A stretch of 59,179 bases of DNA from Holosporaceae bacterium. GTDB lineage: Bacteria > Pseudomonadota > Alphaproteobacteria > UBA3830. The stretch is from the NCBI GenBank assembly GCA_031282425.1, contig JAITDT010000024.1:1-59179 (forward strand), given 5' to 3'. Under the pieces are notes generated by a model that worked only from the letters and a program-made list of their open reading frames with translations, did not search any database and had not been told where the DNA came from. Made by a program: the position numbers and the translations under genes. Positions 1 through 10,311 of this stretch are shown piece after piece; positions within the stretch are counted from its first letter, which is position 1; every line of letters begins with the position of its first letter.

Positions 1-108
1 AATCCAATAGAACATTTTTGGGATTGGATGAAAAATAAAGTCAGATATACTGCCCATTTATATGAAACACTAGAACTTGCCGTTATGGCTGCGGTGAATT
101 CTAAGTGA
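1..108 (+). mobile_element. IS630/Tc1-mariner-family transposase, C-terminal end (5' part lies outside the window)
   Basis: Frame 1 reads NPIEHFWDWMKNKVRYTAHLYETLELAVMAAVNSK*. The NPIE-x-x-W-x-x-x-K motif is typical of the C-terminal catalytic region of IS630-family DDE transposases. Confidence 0.6.
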
Positions 109-326
109 AAATGATATAACATATTGTATATTGATGGAGAAAGTTTTTCACGATAAGTCGGATTTTCGTCTGTGAGTAATATTTTCAAATCATTCTCGTC
201 CAATTTATCCAATCAACTTCCTTAAAGTCTTTGTCTTGTCAGTCTCTACTTCAAATGTATTAAAAATGCTATCCTAAATAGGCACTCTACTCATCAAAAT
301 CTGAAAGCGCAGTTTCAAAAAAAAGT

Positions 327-854
327 CTAATGTCTGATTGGCATGTAGTCCGAAGTATTATTGACTTGCGCAAACGACTCTTCCGGAACTTTAGTACCCT
401 GCGGGAGATGTACTAGCGTAAGATTAGGACACCCATCATGAATATGCCCAAGCAAACGAAGTGTAATCTCCCTTTTTTTGCAATGGATATCTAAGTTGGT
501 AATGAGCTCAGCTATCGAAGGGATTTTAATAGCATCTTCCAGCTCATCTACTGTTACAACAAATATGCCATCGTAGTCATTTAATTTTCTGATATAAAAT
601 ACGGCTTCAAAGATTTGATCTTGTCTAACGCGTTCTACGGCACCATTTGAAAGAATGGCATTTACATCCTGCCGTGATAACATTGAAAAAAAATTATCCC
701 AATCATCTGGTGGCAACGCTTCTAGTTTCTGTGACAATGCTGATAATCTGACACGATGTTTACTTGACGGGTTCTGCGGCATCATACAATTTCCCTCCGC
801 GAAAAAACACAGAAATAGCGCTGCGGCAGTATAACTATAGTTTTTAAGTTTCAT
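327..854 (-). CDS. hypothetical small secreted protein (175 aa)
   Basis: GGGAGG lies 6 nt upstream of ATG 854. The N-terminus MKLKNYSYTAAALFLCFFAEG looks like a signal peptide. No family recognised. Confidence 0.5.
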   Translation of the reverse strand: MKLKNYSYTAAALFLCFFAEGNCMMPQNPSSKHRVRLSALSQKLEALPPDDWDNFFSMLSRQDVNAILSNGAVERVRQDQIFEAVFYIRKLNDYDGIFVVTVDELEDAIKIPSIAELITNLDIHCKKREITLRLLGHIHDGCPNLTLVHLPQGTKVPEESFAQVNNTSDYMPIRH

Positions 855-937
855 TTTTACCTCCCATTGTTAAGAACTTGCATAAATATCAACTTTTTCT
901 TAAAATAAAGTAAATTTTTTGCAAAAAGCAGACTTAA

Positions 938-951
938 GGGGGGGGGGGGGG
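938..951. repeat. G14 homopolymer (C14 on the minus strand)
   Basis: Counted directly: 14 consecutive G, between the stop of the PPTase gene (961) and the start of the 175-aa gene (854). Confidence 0.95.
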
Positions 952-960
952 ACGAGACAG

Positions 961-1644
961 TTAAAATTTCCAAATATCAATATTTGTCGGATAGGCGATA
1001 GCACAGGATTTGTCATGGTAAATCCGTGCTTTCCCCAGGAATTGTGGGTGCTTTGTATAGACGCAGGAAAAAATATTAGCACTTTGGGGAATAAGAATTA
1101 ATTCCAGCTCCTCTCGCGGTAGTCGAAATCCGAATTTTAGCGCCTTAGACAATGCTTCCTTCAGAGTCCAAGCGACCGTAAGACAATTCAAGTCGTCTGG
1201 AACATGGTCGCCGACGGTAATTACAGACCTTAGAGCGTTGATCGCGTTTTTTCTAATGTTTTCAATATCTATCCCAAAGGAAAATTCTATTTTAAAAACG
1301 AGGCTTGCGACGATTTCGTTTGTGTGCGTTATGGATGTCGCGTAATAGGAATTTTGAATGACGGGATGACCGGATGCTTCATTTATCACGCTAACATCCC
1401 GAAATATCAGCCCATTTGTAAAAAAACTCAGAGCCTTTTTAGTGACCATCCTTCCGCAGTAATACTGTTTTTTTCTTTTCTCCGAGCCGATGGAATATAT
1501 TTTTTTCAACTCGTCCTGAGACAAATTTTCCCAGTTGTTATTTGAACAAAAATATGATGGGCGTGCAATGGATAGCACACATTTTTCTTCATTTTTCCCA
1601 GCGTAAAACGATAATTGAAGACTTTTTATGGAATTCAGGGGCAT
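961..1644 (-). CDS. 4'-phosphopantetheinyl transferase, Sfp/EntD type
   Basis: 227 aa with FGIDIE (Mg-binding motif) and WTLKEALSKA (W-x-x-KEA-x-x-K motif), which are characteristic of PPTases. Confidence 0.75.
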   Translation of the reverse strand: MPLNSIKSLQLSFYAGKNEEKCVLSIARPSYFCSNNNWENLSQDELKKIYSIGSEKRKKQYYCGRMVTKKALSFFTNGLIFRDVSVINEASGHPVIQNSYYATSITHTNEIVASLVFKIEFSFGIDIENIRKNAINALRSVITVGDHVPDDLNCLTVAWTLKEALSKALKFGFRLPREELELILIPQSANIFSCVYTKHPQFLGKARIYHDKSCAIAYPTNIDIWKF

Positions 1645-1648
1645 TACA

Positions 1649-2386
1649 TCATATCATGGCCATACCACCATTAACGTGCAGCACATGACCGGTAATATAG
1701 GAAGCCTCATGACTTGCTAGAAATCCAACGGCAGCAGCAACTTCATCCGGGCGACCAACTCGCGACATTGGGATACTTTTCTCTAGATATTCCCTATGAG
1801 ACACCGAGATTTTTTCAACCATTGGCGATTGAATAAATCCCGGAGCCACGCAGTTTACGGTAATATTTCGCGCCGCTAATTCAGCTGCCGCTGATTTCGT
1901 CAATCCAAACAAGCCAGACTTAGAAGCGGCGTAGTTGGCTTGGCCCGGATTTCCCACGGCTCCCACAATGGACGATATGTTTATTATGCGTCCCCACTTC
2001 TCCTTAATCATCAGCTTAGAAGCGGCGCGCATCAATCGGAACGGTACTGCCAAGTTAATGCTCAGCACGTTTTGCCAATCTTCATCTGTCATTCTTACTA
2101 GTAGACCGTCTTTGGTTATGCCGGCGTTGTTCACTAGAATATCAACTCGGCCGCACACGCGTTCTATCTCCGCCATAAGATTGCTGACGGCATTTCCCAA
2201 ATCCAGATCGCAAGCAAAATGATAAATTCTTTCAGATAATTCGATTACGAGATTCTCCAAATCCTCAATTCTTGTACCGGTAACAACCAGCGTTGCACCC
2301 ATACGATGTAGCATGCGAACAATCGCACTTCCGATAGCGCCAGTCGCTCCGGTAACAAGAGCAATTTTCCCCGTTAAATCAAACAA
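1649..2386 (-). CDS. fabG: 3-oxoacyl-ACP reductase
   Basis: SDR motifs VTGATGAIG, NNAGIT and Y-x-x-x-K (YAASK). Length 245 aa and the GRIINISS and VNCVAPGFI blocks are typical of FabG. Confidence 0.9.
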   Translation of the reverse strand: MFDLTGKIALVTGATGAIGSAIVRMLHRMGATLVVTGTRIEDLENLVIELSERIYHFACDLDLGNAVSNLMAEIERVCGRVDILVNNAGITKDGLLVRMTDEDWQNVLSINLAVPFRLMRAASKLMIKEKWGRIINISSIVGAVGNPGQANYAASKSGLFGLTKSAAAELAARNITVNCVAPGFIQSPMVEKISVSHREYLEKSIPMSRVGRPDEVAAAVGFLASHEASYITGHVLHVNGGMAMI

Positions 2387-2401
2387 TAATTGCCTCCGGA
2401 T

Positions 2402-2875
2402 TTACACATATTCTATTTTTATGATTTCATATTTTTTCTTGCCGGAAGGAGTTTCTAATTTAACTTCGTCGCCAACGATTTTCCCAATTAGCGCTCTGGC
2501 CAATGGCGCTTCGACGGAGAGTAGCCTCTTCTTTATGTCCGCTTCGTCTATGCCAACTATTCGGTAGACGATTTCTTCTTCCGCCGCTTCGTCAAATATG
2601 GTCACGGTGGTTCCAAATTTTACGCTTGTTCCCTCGAGTTTTTTGACGTCTATTACTTCCGCTCTTGATAATTTTGATTCCAATTCCCGGATTCTACCCT
2701 CAATAAAGCCCTGCTTATCCTTCGCGGAATGATATTCGGCGTTTTCGGAAAGGTCACCAAGCGCTCGCGCCGCCGCGATGGCCGCCACTACGGCGGGCCT
2801 TTCGACAAATTTAAGTTTCTTTAACTCTTCTTCCAGGGTCTTAAACCCTTCCGGCGTCATATGAACTTTTTCCAT
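2402..2875 (-). CDS. greA: transcription elongation factor GreA
   Basis: MEKVHMTPEGFKTLEEELKKLK...GDLSENAEYHSAKD is the GreA signature. Start moved to ATG 2875 (157 aa) because the longer ORF overlaps gatC. Confidence 0.9.
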   Translation of the reverse strand: MEKVHMTPEGFKTLEEELKKLKFVERPAVVAAIAAARALGDLSENAEYHSAKDKQGFIEGRIRELESKLSRAEVIDVKKLEGTSVKFGTTVTIFDEAAEEEIVYRIVGIDEADIKKRLLSVEAPLARALIGKIVGDEVKLETPSGKKKYEIIKIEYV

Positions 2876-2903
2876 GATCTTTCTATAAATTTCTCGGCTA
2901 ATT

Positions 2904-3182
2904 TTATCCAACAACCTTTGGGACGACAAACATATTGCACTCCATCGCTGGCGCATTGCGCGCTAGCGCAGGATCGCCAACACCGATCACATCCTCTCGC
3001 TCCCGCAAGCCGGTGGAATATTGAAAAATATCATCCACCTGCGAGCAATCAACTTCATTGAGTTGCTCCACAAAACTGAGTATTTGATTCAAGCTATCCT
3101 GAACTTCATGGATCTTAGAATCATCAATTCGAATGCGAGCTAAATAGGATATCTTTCTCACATCGCTTTCTGTTACGGACAT
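2904..3182 (-). CDS. gatC: Asp/Glu-tRNA amidotransferase subunit C
   Basis: 92 aa; SDVRKISYLARIRIDDSKI...ILSFVEQLNEVD is the GatC pattern. Confidence 0.85.
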   Translation of the reverse strand: MSVTESDVRKISYLARIRIDDSKIHEVQDSLNQILSFVEQLNEVDCSQVDDIFQYSTGLREREDVIGVGDPALARNAPAMECNMFVVPKVVG

Positions 3183-3216
3183 ACAATCTCACCCAACAAT
3201 TATTATTACGATGCTA

Positions 3217-3831
3217 TTACAGCCTTTTTAAAAAGTCTATGGCTTGATTTAATAAATAACTGTCTATACCGTGAGCAAGATCTGGACTTATTGCAATTTC
3301 GACGGATATGCCATATTTCTTCAACGCCTCTTCCGTTAATTTTAAAGCAGTAATCGGAATAACGTTATCCTTTTCTCCATGAGTTAGTAGAATTTTCGTA
3401 TCGCAATTGTCGGCGCACACTTCCGGATCCAACAATAATCCGGAAAAAGCAATCGTTGCAGCCGCGTTATATTTTAATCCTAAGCTAAGCGATAGCATCG
3501 CTCCTTGCGAAAATCCTGAAAAAATCACATTTTTATTGGTTAGACTTTTTTCGTTTATAACGGAATCAATGTAAGACGTTATCCGCGTGCAATTTTTTTC
3601 AAACGCCAACTTCCACAAGCGTACGTCGTCGCCCTCGAGACCAAACCATTGCCGTCTGCCTTCACCGCATTTCTCAATACCGTTGGGAAGGCGGATTTCC
3701 GCCTCTGGGAGGACATCAGAAATTCTCTCGCCGATAGGCAGCAAATCATCTTTATCCGCTCCATAACCATGAAAAAGAAACACTATTTTTTCAACGTTAC
3801 CAGACCGCGCTGCTAAAACAATTTCGTCCAT
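3217..3831 (-). CDS. phospholipase/carboxylesterase-family alpha/beta hydrolase
   Basis: FLFHGYGADKDDL, nucleophile elbow GFSQGA, and THGEKDNVIP with a distal His (AHGI). Confidence 0.8.
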   Translation of the reverse strand: MDEIVLAARSGNVEKIVFLFHGYGADKDDLLPIGERISDVLPEAEIRLPNGIEKCGEGRRQWFGLEGDDVRLWKLAFEKNCTRITSYIDSVINEKSLTNKNVIFSGFSQGAMLSLSLGLKYNAAATIAFSGLLLDPEVCADNCDTKILLTHGEKDNVIPITALKLTEEALKKYGISVEIAISPDLAHGIDSYLLNQAIDFLKRL

Positions 3832-3976
3832 TTTCTCTCCATTGCTCGCTTTATATTAGCATATTTTGTGGATTTGGAATTGCTAATTTAGCGTGTTGTT
3901 CATACAAAATTAATGGATCAAATGATATGATTAAGTTGGTCGCATGCTCTAGTGTTATGAGGATTACAGTAGAAAA

Positions 3977-4987
3977 ATGAGAGTAGCCATCAATGGTTTT
4001 GGTAGAATAGGTAGGTTAACGCTGAGAGCCTTTCTAGAGTCGTCAAAAAAATATAACTTCGACATTGTCGCCATCAATGATATTCAGGATATAGATACAG
4101 CTATGTATCTTTTGAAGTACGATTCAACTCATGGACGTTTTGATGGTCGCGTTCAGAAAATATCCGCAAATGAATTTATATTGAATGATCGAAAATTAGC
4201 GTACTTTTCCCAAAAACTTCCGGATCAACTTCCCTGGAAAGAATTGAATATAGATTTGGCGATGGAATGTACTGGAATATTTAAAATGAAAAAGCTTTGC
4301 GAGTTACATCTGAAAGCCGGAGCAAAAAAGGCACTAGTTTCATATCCGCTCGATGATGCAGACAAAACCATTGTCTATGGCGTTAATCACGATGCTTTGG
4401 GCGATGACGAAGTGGTTTCCAACGCATCCTGCACCACAAATTGCCTTGCCCATATTATAAATGCAATTCACGCAGATATAAAAATACTAAATGGATTCGC
4501 CACTACTATACACTCCTACACTGGAGATCAACGATTGATAGACGCGAATCATAAAGATCTACGGCGCTCCAGGGCAGCGGCCGCCAACATAATTCCCACA
4601 TCCACCGGCGTAACTCATACGATAGAAAGAATTTTTCCAGAACTCTTTGGAAAACTGTCTGGATCTTCCATTCGAGTACCGATTTCAAATGTTTCTCTTA
4701 TGGATTTTACGTTTGCAACCGCTAGAAAAATCACCGCTGCCGATATACGGCAGGCTATTATTAAATATTCCGATGTTATTGCTGATGATATTTTTACCTA
4801 CACAAACGATCCAGTCGTATCGAGCGATTTTAATCATTGTCCGTGCAGCGCAATTGCGGATCTGTCGTTGATAAAGGTCGTTGATGAAACAATGGGGCGT
4901 GTGACAGCTTGGTACGATAATGAATGGGGATTTTCTCACCGAATGCTAGATACGGCGCATAAAATGTTGAGCCTTATAAAAGGTTAG
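3977..4987 (+). CDS. gap: glyceraldehyde-3-phosphate dehydrogenase
   Basis: INGFGRIGRL NAD-binding N-terminus and active-site SNASCTTNCLA. Confidence 0.95.
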   Translation: MRVAINGFGRIGRLTLRAFLESSKKYNFDIVAINDIQDIDTAMYLLKYDSTHGRFDGRVQKISANEFILNDRKLAYFSQKLPDQLPWKELNIDLAMECTGIFKMKKLCELHLKAGAKKALVSYPLDDADKTIVYGVNHDALGDDEVVSNASCTTNCLAHIINAIHADIKILNGFATTIHSYTGDQRLIDANHKDLRRSRAAAANIIPTSTGVTHTIERIFPELFGKLSGSSIRVPISNVSLMDFTFATARKITAADIRQAIIKYSDVIADDIFTYTNDPVVSSDFNHCPCSAIADLSLIKVVDETMGRVTAWYDNEWGFSHRMLDTAHKMLSLIKG

Positions 4988-5996
4988 ACGCTCCTTTTAG
5001 TTGTCCACAGGCGGCCAATATATCTCCTCCTTTGGATTTTCTCGCAGTAACGCGAATACCGTTAGATGCTATGCGAACGAATTCGTTCCGTCTACCTTCG
5101 GTGCTACTGGCAAACTTCGTTCCTGGCCAGTTATTGAATGCAATCAGATTCACTTTGCATGGTACTGATTTTAGTAGGCAAGCTAATGCTAAAGCGTCTG
5201 AATCGGCGTCATTTACATCTTTTAATAGCAAATATTCGAATGTTACGCAGTCGGTATTACTGTTTTGGGGATATGTGCGAGCGGTTTCTAACAGCATCTT
5301 TATGTTGTACTTTTTATTTATGGGCATTAGGAAAGAGCGCTTCTCGTCGGTGGGCGCATGGAGAGAAATCGCAAGTTTCACACCGAATTTTGCGAGACTT
5401 TTAATTGTGTCGTCAGTGATTCCAGACGTTGATACTGTGATCTTATTGCGTGAAAAATTATGAGCCTTTTCATCCAATAATAATTCCAAAACGCTCGATA
5501 GATTTTCAAAATTTAAAAGAGGCTCTCCCATTCCCATGAACACAACATTTGTTACTGCTCTTTCAGCTTTCCAAAAAAATATCTGAGATATCATTTCCGA
5601 CGACGTTAGATTTCGCACAAAGCTCTGCGTACCTGTATGACAAAATTTACACCCCATTGCACATCCAATCTGTGTGGAAACACAAACTGTCGTTCGACGT
5701 TCCTCAGGTATCAACACTGTCTCAATGAGATTTCCATCCACCATTTCCAAGAGCGCTTTGGAAGTTCCATCGCGGGATTTTTGTAGCGTTAAGCATCGTG
5801 GCCTAGCTAGCGAATAAGCGTGTTCCAAAATTTTTCTGATTTCCAAAGGAATGTCAGTCATGACACTAAACGAAGCGGCTAATTTTGTATGTATCCATGG
5901 AAAAACACGCTTTGCATCAAGAATGCTCAGCCCGTTTTTTAAAAATTCAAATTTCAATTGCTCCAGAGTAAAACCAAGTAGATTTATTTTTTGCAT
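4974..5996 (-). CDS. rlmN: 23S rRNA/tRNA adenine-C2 methyltransferase RlmN (radical SAM)
   Basis: [18 protein letters not shown] (CxxxCxxC cluster), [10 protein letters not shown] and ITVSTSG. Confidence 0.9.
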   Translation of the reverse strand: MQKINLLGFTLEQLKFEFLKNGLSILDAKRVFPWIHTKLAASFSVMTDIPLEIRKILEHAYSLARPRCLTLQKSRDGTSKALLEMVDGNLIETVLIPEERRTTVCVSTQIGCAMGCKFCHTGTQSFVRNLTSSEMISQIFFWKAERAVTNVVFMGMGEPLLNFENLSSVLELLLDEKAHNFSRNKITVSTSGITDDTIKSLAKFGVKLAISLHAPTDEKRSFLMPINKKYNIKMLLETARTYPQNSNTDCVTFEYLLLKDVNDADSDALALACLLKSVPCKVNLIAFNNWPGTKFASSTEGRRNEFVRIASNGIRVTARKSKGGDILAACGQLKGASNLL

Positions 5997-6412
5997 TGCG
6001 ATCTGGCGAGTTTGTCGACTCGTTCGTTATATTCACTTCCGGAATGGCCAGCTACCCACTTCCATGAAATCTGGTGCCGTTTAGATAATTCCTGCAATTT
6101 AATCCACAAATCCTTATTTTTTACGGCTTTTTTATCCGAAGTCGTCCAATTATTTTTTTCCCAGCCACTTATCCACTTGGTTATACCGTTTATTAGATAT
6201 TGACTGTCTGTGTATAATTCGACGATATGAATCTCCTTCAGCTCTTCCAGCGCCTTTATGGCCGATATCATTTCCATGCGATTATTGGTAGTGTCAGGTT
6301 CGCTGCCACAAAGTTCTTTTTCAATCGAATCTTGCAAAATTATCGCCCCCCATCCGCCCGGACCAGGATTGCCGCTGCAGGCTCCATCCGTATAAATTAC
6401 GACGCGCTTCAT
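5984..6412 (-). CDS. rnhA: ribonuclease HI
   Basis: [21 protein letters not shown] and TNNRMEM motifs; 142 aa. Confidence 0.95.
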   Translation of the reverse strand: MKRVVIYTDGACSGNPGPGGWGAIILQDSIEKELCGSEPDTTNNRMEMISAIKALEELKEIHIVELYTDSQYLINGITKWISGWEKNNWTTSDKKAVKNKDLWIKLQELSKRHQISWKWVAGHSGSEYNERVDKLARSQCKK

Positions 6413-7242
6413 ATTTCTATTTCTCCCGAAAATACCAAGAACGCTGGTCCCGACTGAAAAATGTTTCCGTCACTATCGCGGGAAATTATTAACGTCCCTC
6501 CCTTCTGTTTTACCAAAACATTCCTTGATAAAACAATATTATGAGCAAATGCAGCCGCGGCAGTCGCACAAGCGCCGCTGCCGCAGGCTTTCGTTAAACC
6601 AACCCCCCGTTCGTAGACTATCGTAGTAATTTCACTTTCGGATACGACATGTGCAAACGAAACATTTATTCTATTTTCGAATAAAGAATGATTTCCCAGT
6701 AAATCTCCTAAAGCGATTACCTCTTTTTCCTCCGGAAGACATTTGCAAAATAAAACCAAGTGCGGATTTCCAACAGAAATACATACCGCATGATAAACAC
6801 CAATGTCGGCAGGCAAACTTAATTCATCCATTAGCGCAGACGAACTTGCGACAGATTTTGATACTCCAGCATCTTGCAGTTTAAAACTTGGCCGCCCCAT
6901 TTTAATGCAAATTGTGCCATTTACAGAAATTGGATAATCTTTTTTTGCTGTTTTCAGCGTGCATTTTGAAAATCTATTACGTTTTTTCATTAATACTCCC
7001 AGACATCGTGCGGCATTTCCGCAGATTTCTGCTCCGCTTCCGTCGGAATTAAAAAACTCCGCATAAATATCATCATGTCGTAATTTGTACAAAACCGTCA
7101 GATCACAACCAACGCCATAATTTCTATTGCTGATATTAGAGAAAAAAAAATCATCGAAAAGCGGCTCTTTCGAAAATTGATTCATATCGATCATTATAAA
7201 ATCGTTGCCCAATGCCTGCATTTTATCGAATTTTATCAGCAT
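6409..7242 (-). CDS. dapF: diaminopimelate epimerase
   Basis: [13 protein letters not shown], both catalytic Cys motifs (CGNAARC and ACGSGACA), and VGNPH. Confidence 0.9.
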   Translation of the reverse strand: MLIKFDKMQALGNDFIMIDMNQFSKEPLFDDFFFSNISNRNYGVGCDLTVLYKLRHDDIYAEFFNSDGSGAEICGNAARCLGVLMKKRNRFSKCTLKTAKKDYPISVNGTICIKMGRPSFKLQDAGVSKSVASSSALMDELSLPADIGVYHAVCISVGNPHLVLFCKCLPEEKEVIALGDLLGNHSLFENRINVSFAHVVSESEITTIVYERGVGLTKACGSGACATAAAAFAHNIVLSRNVLVKQKGGTLIISRDSDGNIFQSGPAFLVFSGEIEI

Positions 7243-8437
7243 CTTCGCTCAGGATTTTTTTTGTGAGAATTTTTCCACGATCTACAGCTGGCTGATCAAA
7301 GGGATTGACTTCCATTAATTTACAAACGCAAACTGTTTCTAACATAAAATGCATAAATAACGCGCCCAAAATTTCGGGGGAAATTTCTTGAATTTCTATT
7401 TTCCGAACACTGCATTTTTTTTCTAAGAGTGACGTCATCGTCGCTGCATATTGGGCTTTAAAAATATCGGCTGTCGTTTTACCTTTTAGATAGGGAAACG
7501 TTGGAGGTAGATATTTGTTGGAAGGTACCCGCCCAGATTCTTGATTTTCGAAAAGAAATGTAAAGCATTTATCTCCATTTCCATCCAGATACAGTTGCAA
7601 TTGGCTATGCTGATCCGTCGAGCCGCGGGCTGTTAATTGCGTTATTCCACGACCATATTTCCCAGTACTCTCGGCGTATAATTGCGCGAGCCACGCTCCA
7701 AATGGCGCAAGTTTATCCGAATAAATAAATGACACCTGCTGGGTTATTTTTTTTTGCAAGCTTTCTCCAATAAAACGCGCCCCTTTTCCCACTTCCCCAA
7801 GGTAATTTTCTAGAACTTGCTTGCCACCGAATCTAATTTTCAATGGATCAATACCGCAAAGCGCAGCTGGTAGCATTCCAACAATTGTAAACACAGAAAA
7901 TCTTCCGCCAACAGCGGTAGGGTGATCTAGACAAAGAATGTCCAGCTCCTGAGCCATTTTCTTCATAGTAGACGGCTTGTTTTCTGTGATAAAGACGAAC
8001 ATATCCTTTTTCTTTTCTACAAAATCCAGCGCTAACGCCACTTGATGGATTGTTTCTAGAGTTTCTCCGGATTTGGATATGCATAAAAACCCAGTTTCTT
8101 CTGAATTAATTTCTGAAAACGTTTTTTGCAACGCTGCCGGATCGATATTATCAATAAACTTTACATTATCACTTTTGGATATGGCCTGTATACATTGCCC
8201 GCCTAGACTTGACCCGCCGACGCCAAATATGACGAACTTACTGTGACGTCGCCATTCTTGAAGTCGAGGATTCTCTAATACATCTAAATCTTTCGCAGCG
8301 CTGGCGTAAGAAAAACAATCCAGCTTCATCAACTCATCAATACCAGAAATTTCACGCTTTTGTAATTCCTTCGGATATAGAATCGTTTGCTTAATCAGCA
8401 CTCTGTTTCGCCATAGGTTTGATGACAGATATAACAC
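7223..8437 (-). CDS. pgi: glucose-6-phosphate isomerase (short form)
   Basis: FGVGGSSLGG and ISKSGETLET motifs. The start is uncertain: 8437 overlaps the upstream gene by 47 nt, and ATG 8329 is an alternative. Confidence 0.8.
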   Translation of the reverse strand: MLYLSSNLWRNRVLIKQTILYPKELQKREISGIDELMKLDCFSYASAAKDLDVLENPRLQEWRRHSKFVIFGVGGSSLGGQCIQAISKSDNVKFIDNIDPAALQKTFSEINSEETGFLCISKSGETLETIHQVALALDFVEKKKDMFVFITENKPSTMKKMAQELDILCLDHPTAVGGRFSVFTIVGMLPAALCGIDPLKIRFGGKQVLENYLGEVGKGARFIGESLQKKITQQVSFIYSDKLAPFGAWLAQLYAESTGKYGRGITQLTARGSTDQHSQLQLYLDGNGDKCFTFLFENQESGRVPSNKYLPPTFPYLKGKTTADIFKAQYAATMTSLLEKKCSVRKIEIQEISPEILGALFMHFMLETVCVCKLMEVNPFDQPAVDRGKILTKKILSEDADKIR

Positions 8438-9713
8438 ACGGATCCTTTCTAAAGATTTCTTTTCCTTGCTCGTTTACCTCTTTCAAATCGAATTTACTTA
8501 CGAACTCGTCGTGAGATTTTAAAAAGTCAAAATCATAACCTGCTCCGACCTTTTTGGATATCCACTCAACAGTATCTGCAACCTCAACGTCCTTTTTAAA
8601 CACGTCCGCCGCATTTCGTACTTCATAAGCAGCTTTTTTCGCTTGTTCCTCCGTAATATCATTTGACGCGATGTATTTTACTTCTGCGATAATACTTCTG
8701 ATTTGTTCTTCCACGTCCTGTATACCGCCTTCATTGTGTAATGTGACCGTCATACAAATATCTCCGTAATCGTAGTTCCAAAACGAATCGCAAAACGATA
8801 TAGAACTGACGATTTCTTTCCCTATCAGGCTCTCCTGGATAGCCTCCTTCAGATATTGCACATAGATTTCCGCCGCACGCGCTTCGTTTCTTTGTTTCCT
8901 GTAATTTGGCGCTCGCCAGTACATCTCCACCACCGGAGCGCTTACCTGCGCGCTATATTTCGTGATTCGCGCGATAGACCCATGATGCGGTGGCTCCTGC
9001 ACTCGATCCGCTGGGACTCCACCTTTGGATACAAAATATCTCGAAATTTCCTCTAAAGTTTGCTCTTTGTCGACATTTCCGACGACAATTACCGTAGTGC
9101 GCTCATTCGTATAGTTTCTGTTCTTAAAATTCTGCACATCCTCTTCAGTAATTGCTCGGATATCGTCTGGTTCGCCAGTTATTCTGGTTCCATAATTGGA
9201 GTGCCAATACACCGATTTTCTTGCTTCGTAGTGCATAATGTTTTGGTCCGACCGGAGTTCCTCGATGGAATGCTGCTCCGTCGCCTTTTTCCCATCTTTT
9301 AGATCTTCCGCAGAAAATGTAACGCTCGAATGTATTGTACCTAGATTCTTTATGAACCCTTTCAGATTTCCAATTTTACCATAAAGATAGTAAATACTCT
9401 GATCATGGCCGGTATAGGAATTACTTTCTGATCCATACTGAACGAAATCCTCTGCAGCGCTCTCTTTTAATTTTTTATCAAACATGTAGCGTAGTAAATT
9501 TGCAACTCCATGCTTATCAACTTCATCAGTATTGCCGGAAGAAATGCATAACACAACCAATAGCGTATCAGTCTCCGTTGTATCAACAAAAACAACCGAC
9601 ACTCCATTGTCCAGCTTTCGAAAGGATGATCCAATATACCTACATGAGCTAGATCCTCCAAAAATCAAAAGCGAAAATATTATGGCTAACATTCTAAACA
9701 TGTCATACCTCAT
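8391..9713 (-). CDS. M16 (pitrilysin/insulinase)-family protein, probably non-catalytic, exported
   Basis: Hydrophobic N-terminal signal, and M16-like layout and length. The position of the HxxEH zinc motif reads HGVANLLRYMF, so there is no His-x-x-Glu-His. Confidence 0.65.
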   Translation of the reverse strand: MRYDMFRMLAIIFSLLIFGGSSSCRYIGSSFRKLDNGVSVVFVDTTETDTLLVVLCISSGNTDEVDKHGVANLLRYMFDKKLKESAAEDFVQYGSESNSYTGHDQSIYYLYGKIGNLKGFIKNLGTIHSSVTFSAEDLKDGKKATEQHSIEELRSDQNIMHYEARKSVYWHSNYGTRITGEPDDIRAITEEDVQNFKNRNYTNERTTVIVVGNVDKEQTLEEISRYFVSKGGVPADRVQEPPHHGSIARITKYSAQVSAPVVEMYWRAPNYRKQRNEARAAEIYVQYLKEAIQESLIGKEIVSSISFCDSFWNYDYGDICMTVTLHNEGGIQDVEEQIRSIIAEVKYIASNDITEEQAKKAAYEVRNAADVFKKDVEVADTVEWISKKVGAGYDFDFLKSHDEFVSKFDLKEVNEQGKEIFRKDPCVISVIKPMAKQSAD

Positions 9714-9844
9714 TTAATACAGGGAGGTACCAGCAGCGCATTATTCTTTTTTGCGTCGTCATCCAATAACTTGATTTTTTCATTTTCAGAGCCTCCACAA
9801 CTTGCTAGAAATACTAAAGACACCGTAAAAAATAAAGTTTTCAT
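9710..9844 (-). CDS. small lipoprotein (44 aa), below the ORF-track cutoff
   Basis: Minus strand reads MKTLFFTVSLVFLASCGGSENEKIKLLDDDAKKNNALLVPPCIK* with a perfect lipobox L-A-S-C. Its ATG overlaps the lspA stop (ATGA) and its stop overlaps the M16 start (ATGA). Confidence 0.5.
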   Translation of the reverse strand: MKTLFFTVSLVFLASCGGSENEKIKLLDDDAKKNNALLVPPCIK

Positions 9845-10311
9845 CTTTTTTCTTCCCCATATGAAATAAAAAACAGAATACCACCGCCTATCACTATCGC
9901 ACTATCCGCTATATTAAAAGCAGGCCAGTGGTAAGTTAACAAATGAAAGTCTAAGAAATCAATAACCGCTTTATGAATAATTCTGTCGATTAAATTTCCG
10001 ATAGCGCCGCCGATTATCAAGCTGCCTGGAAGGCGATATGATCTATTATTTTTCATCCACACTCCAATGAACACTATTATAATCAATGAGATGGCAATAA
10101 AAACAATCGGCTGAAACATACCATTCAGCAATCCAAACGTAACGCCGCTGTTCTTTACATTTACCAAATTAAAAAATGACCAAACGTATGTACACTCTCC
10201 TGCATACAAAAACTTTACGACCAAAAACTTAGATATTTGATCGCTCAGCGCCACCCAAAAAACGATTAGAACGACTATGCCTGAGCTAATACCAGCCGAC
10301 ACCTTTCGCAT
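9841..10311 (-). CDS. lspA: lipoprotein signal peptidase II
   Basis: NSGVTFGLL, GGAIGNLIDR and FNIADSAI motifs with 4 TM segments. Start placed at ATG 10311; the ORF is open to 10359. Confidence 0.9.
   Translation of the reverse strand: MRKVSAGISSGIVVLIVFWVALSDQISKFLVVKFLYAGECTYVWSFFNLVNVKNSGVTFGLLNGMFQPIVFIAISLIIIVFIGVWMKNNRSYRLPGSLIIGGAIGNLIDRIIHKAVIDFLDFHLLTYHWPAFNIADSAIVIGGGILFFISYGEEKR

Noticed and set aside
919-1101. A 60-aa plus-strand ORF that starts at a TTG and reads through the G14 tract (MQKADLRGGGGTRQ...).
   Set aside because: It is antisense to the 3' end of the PPTase gene, has no RBS and has no recognisable fold. It is most likely a shadow ORF.
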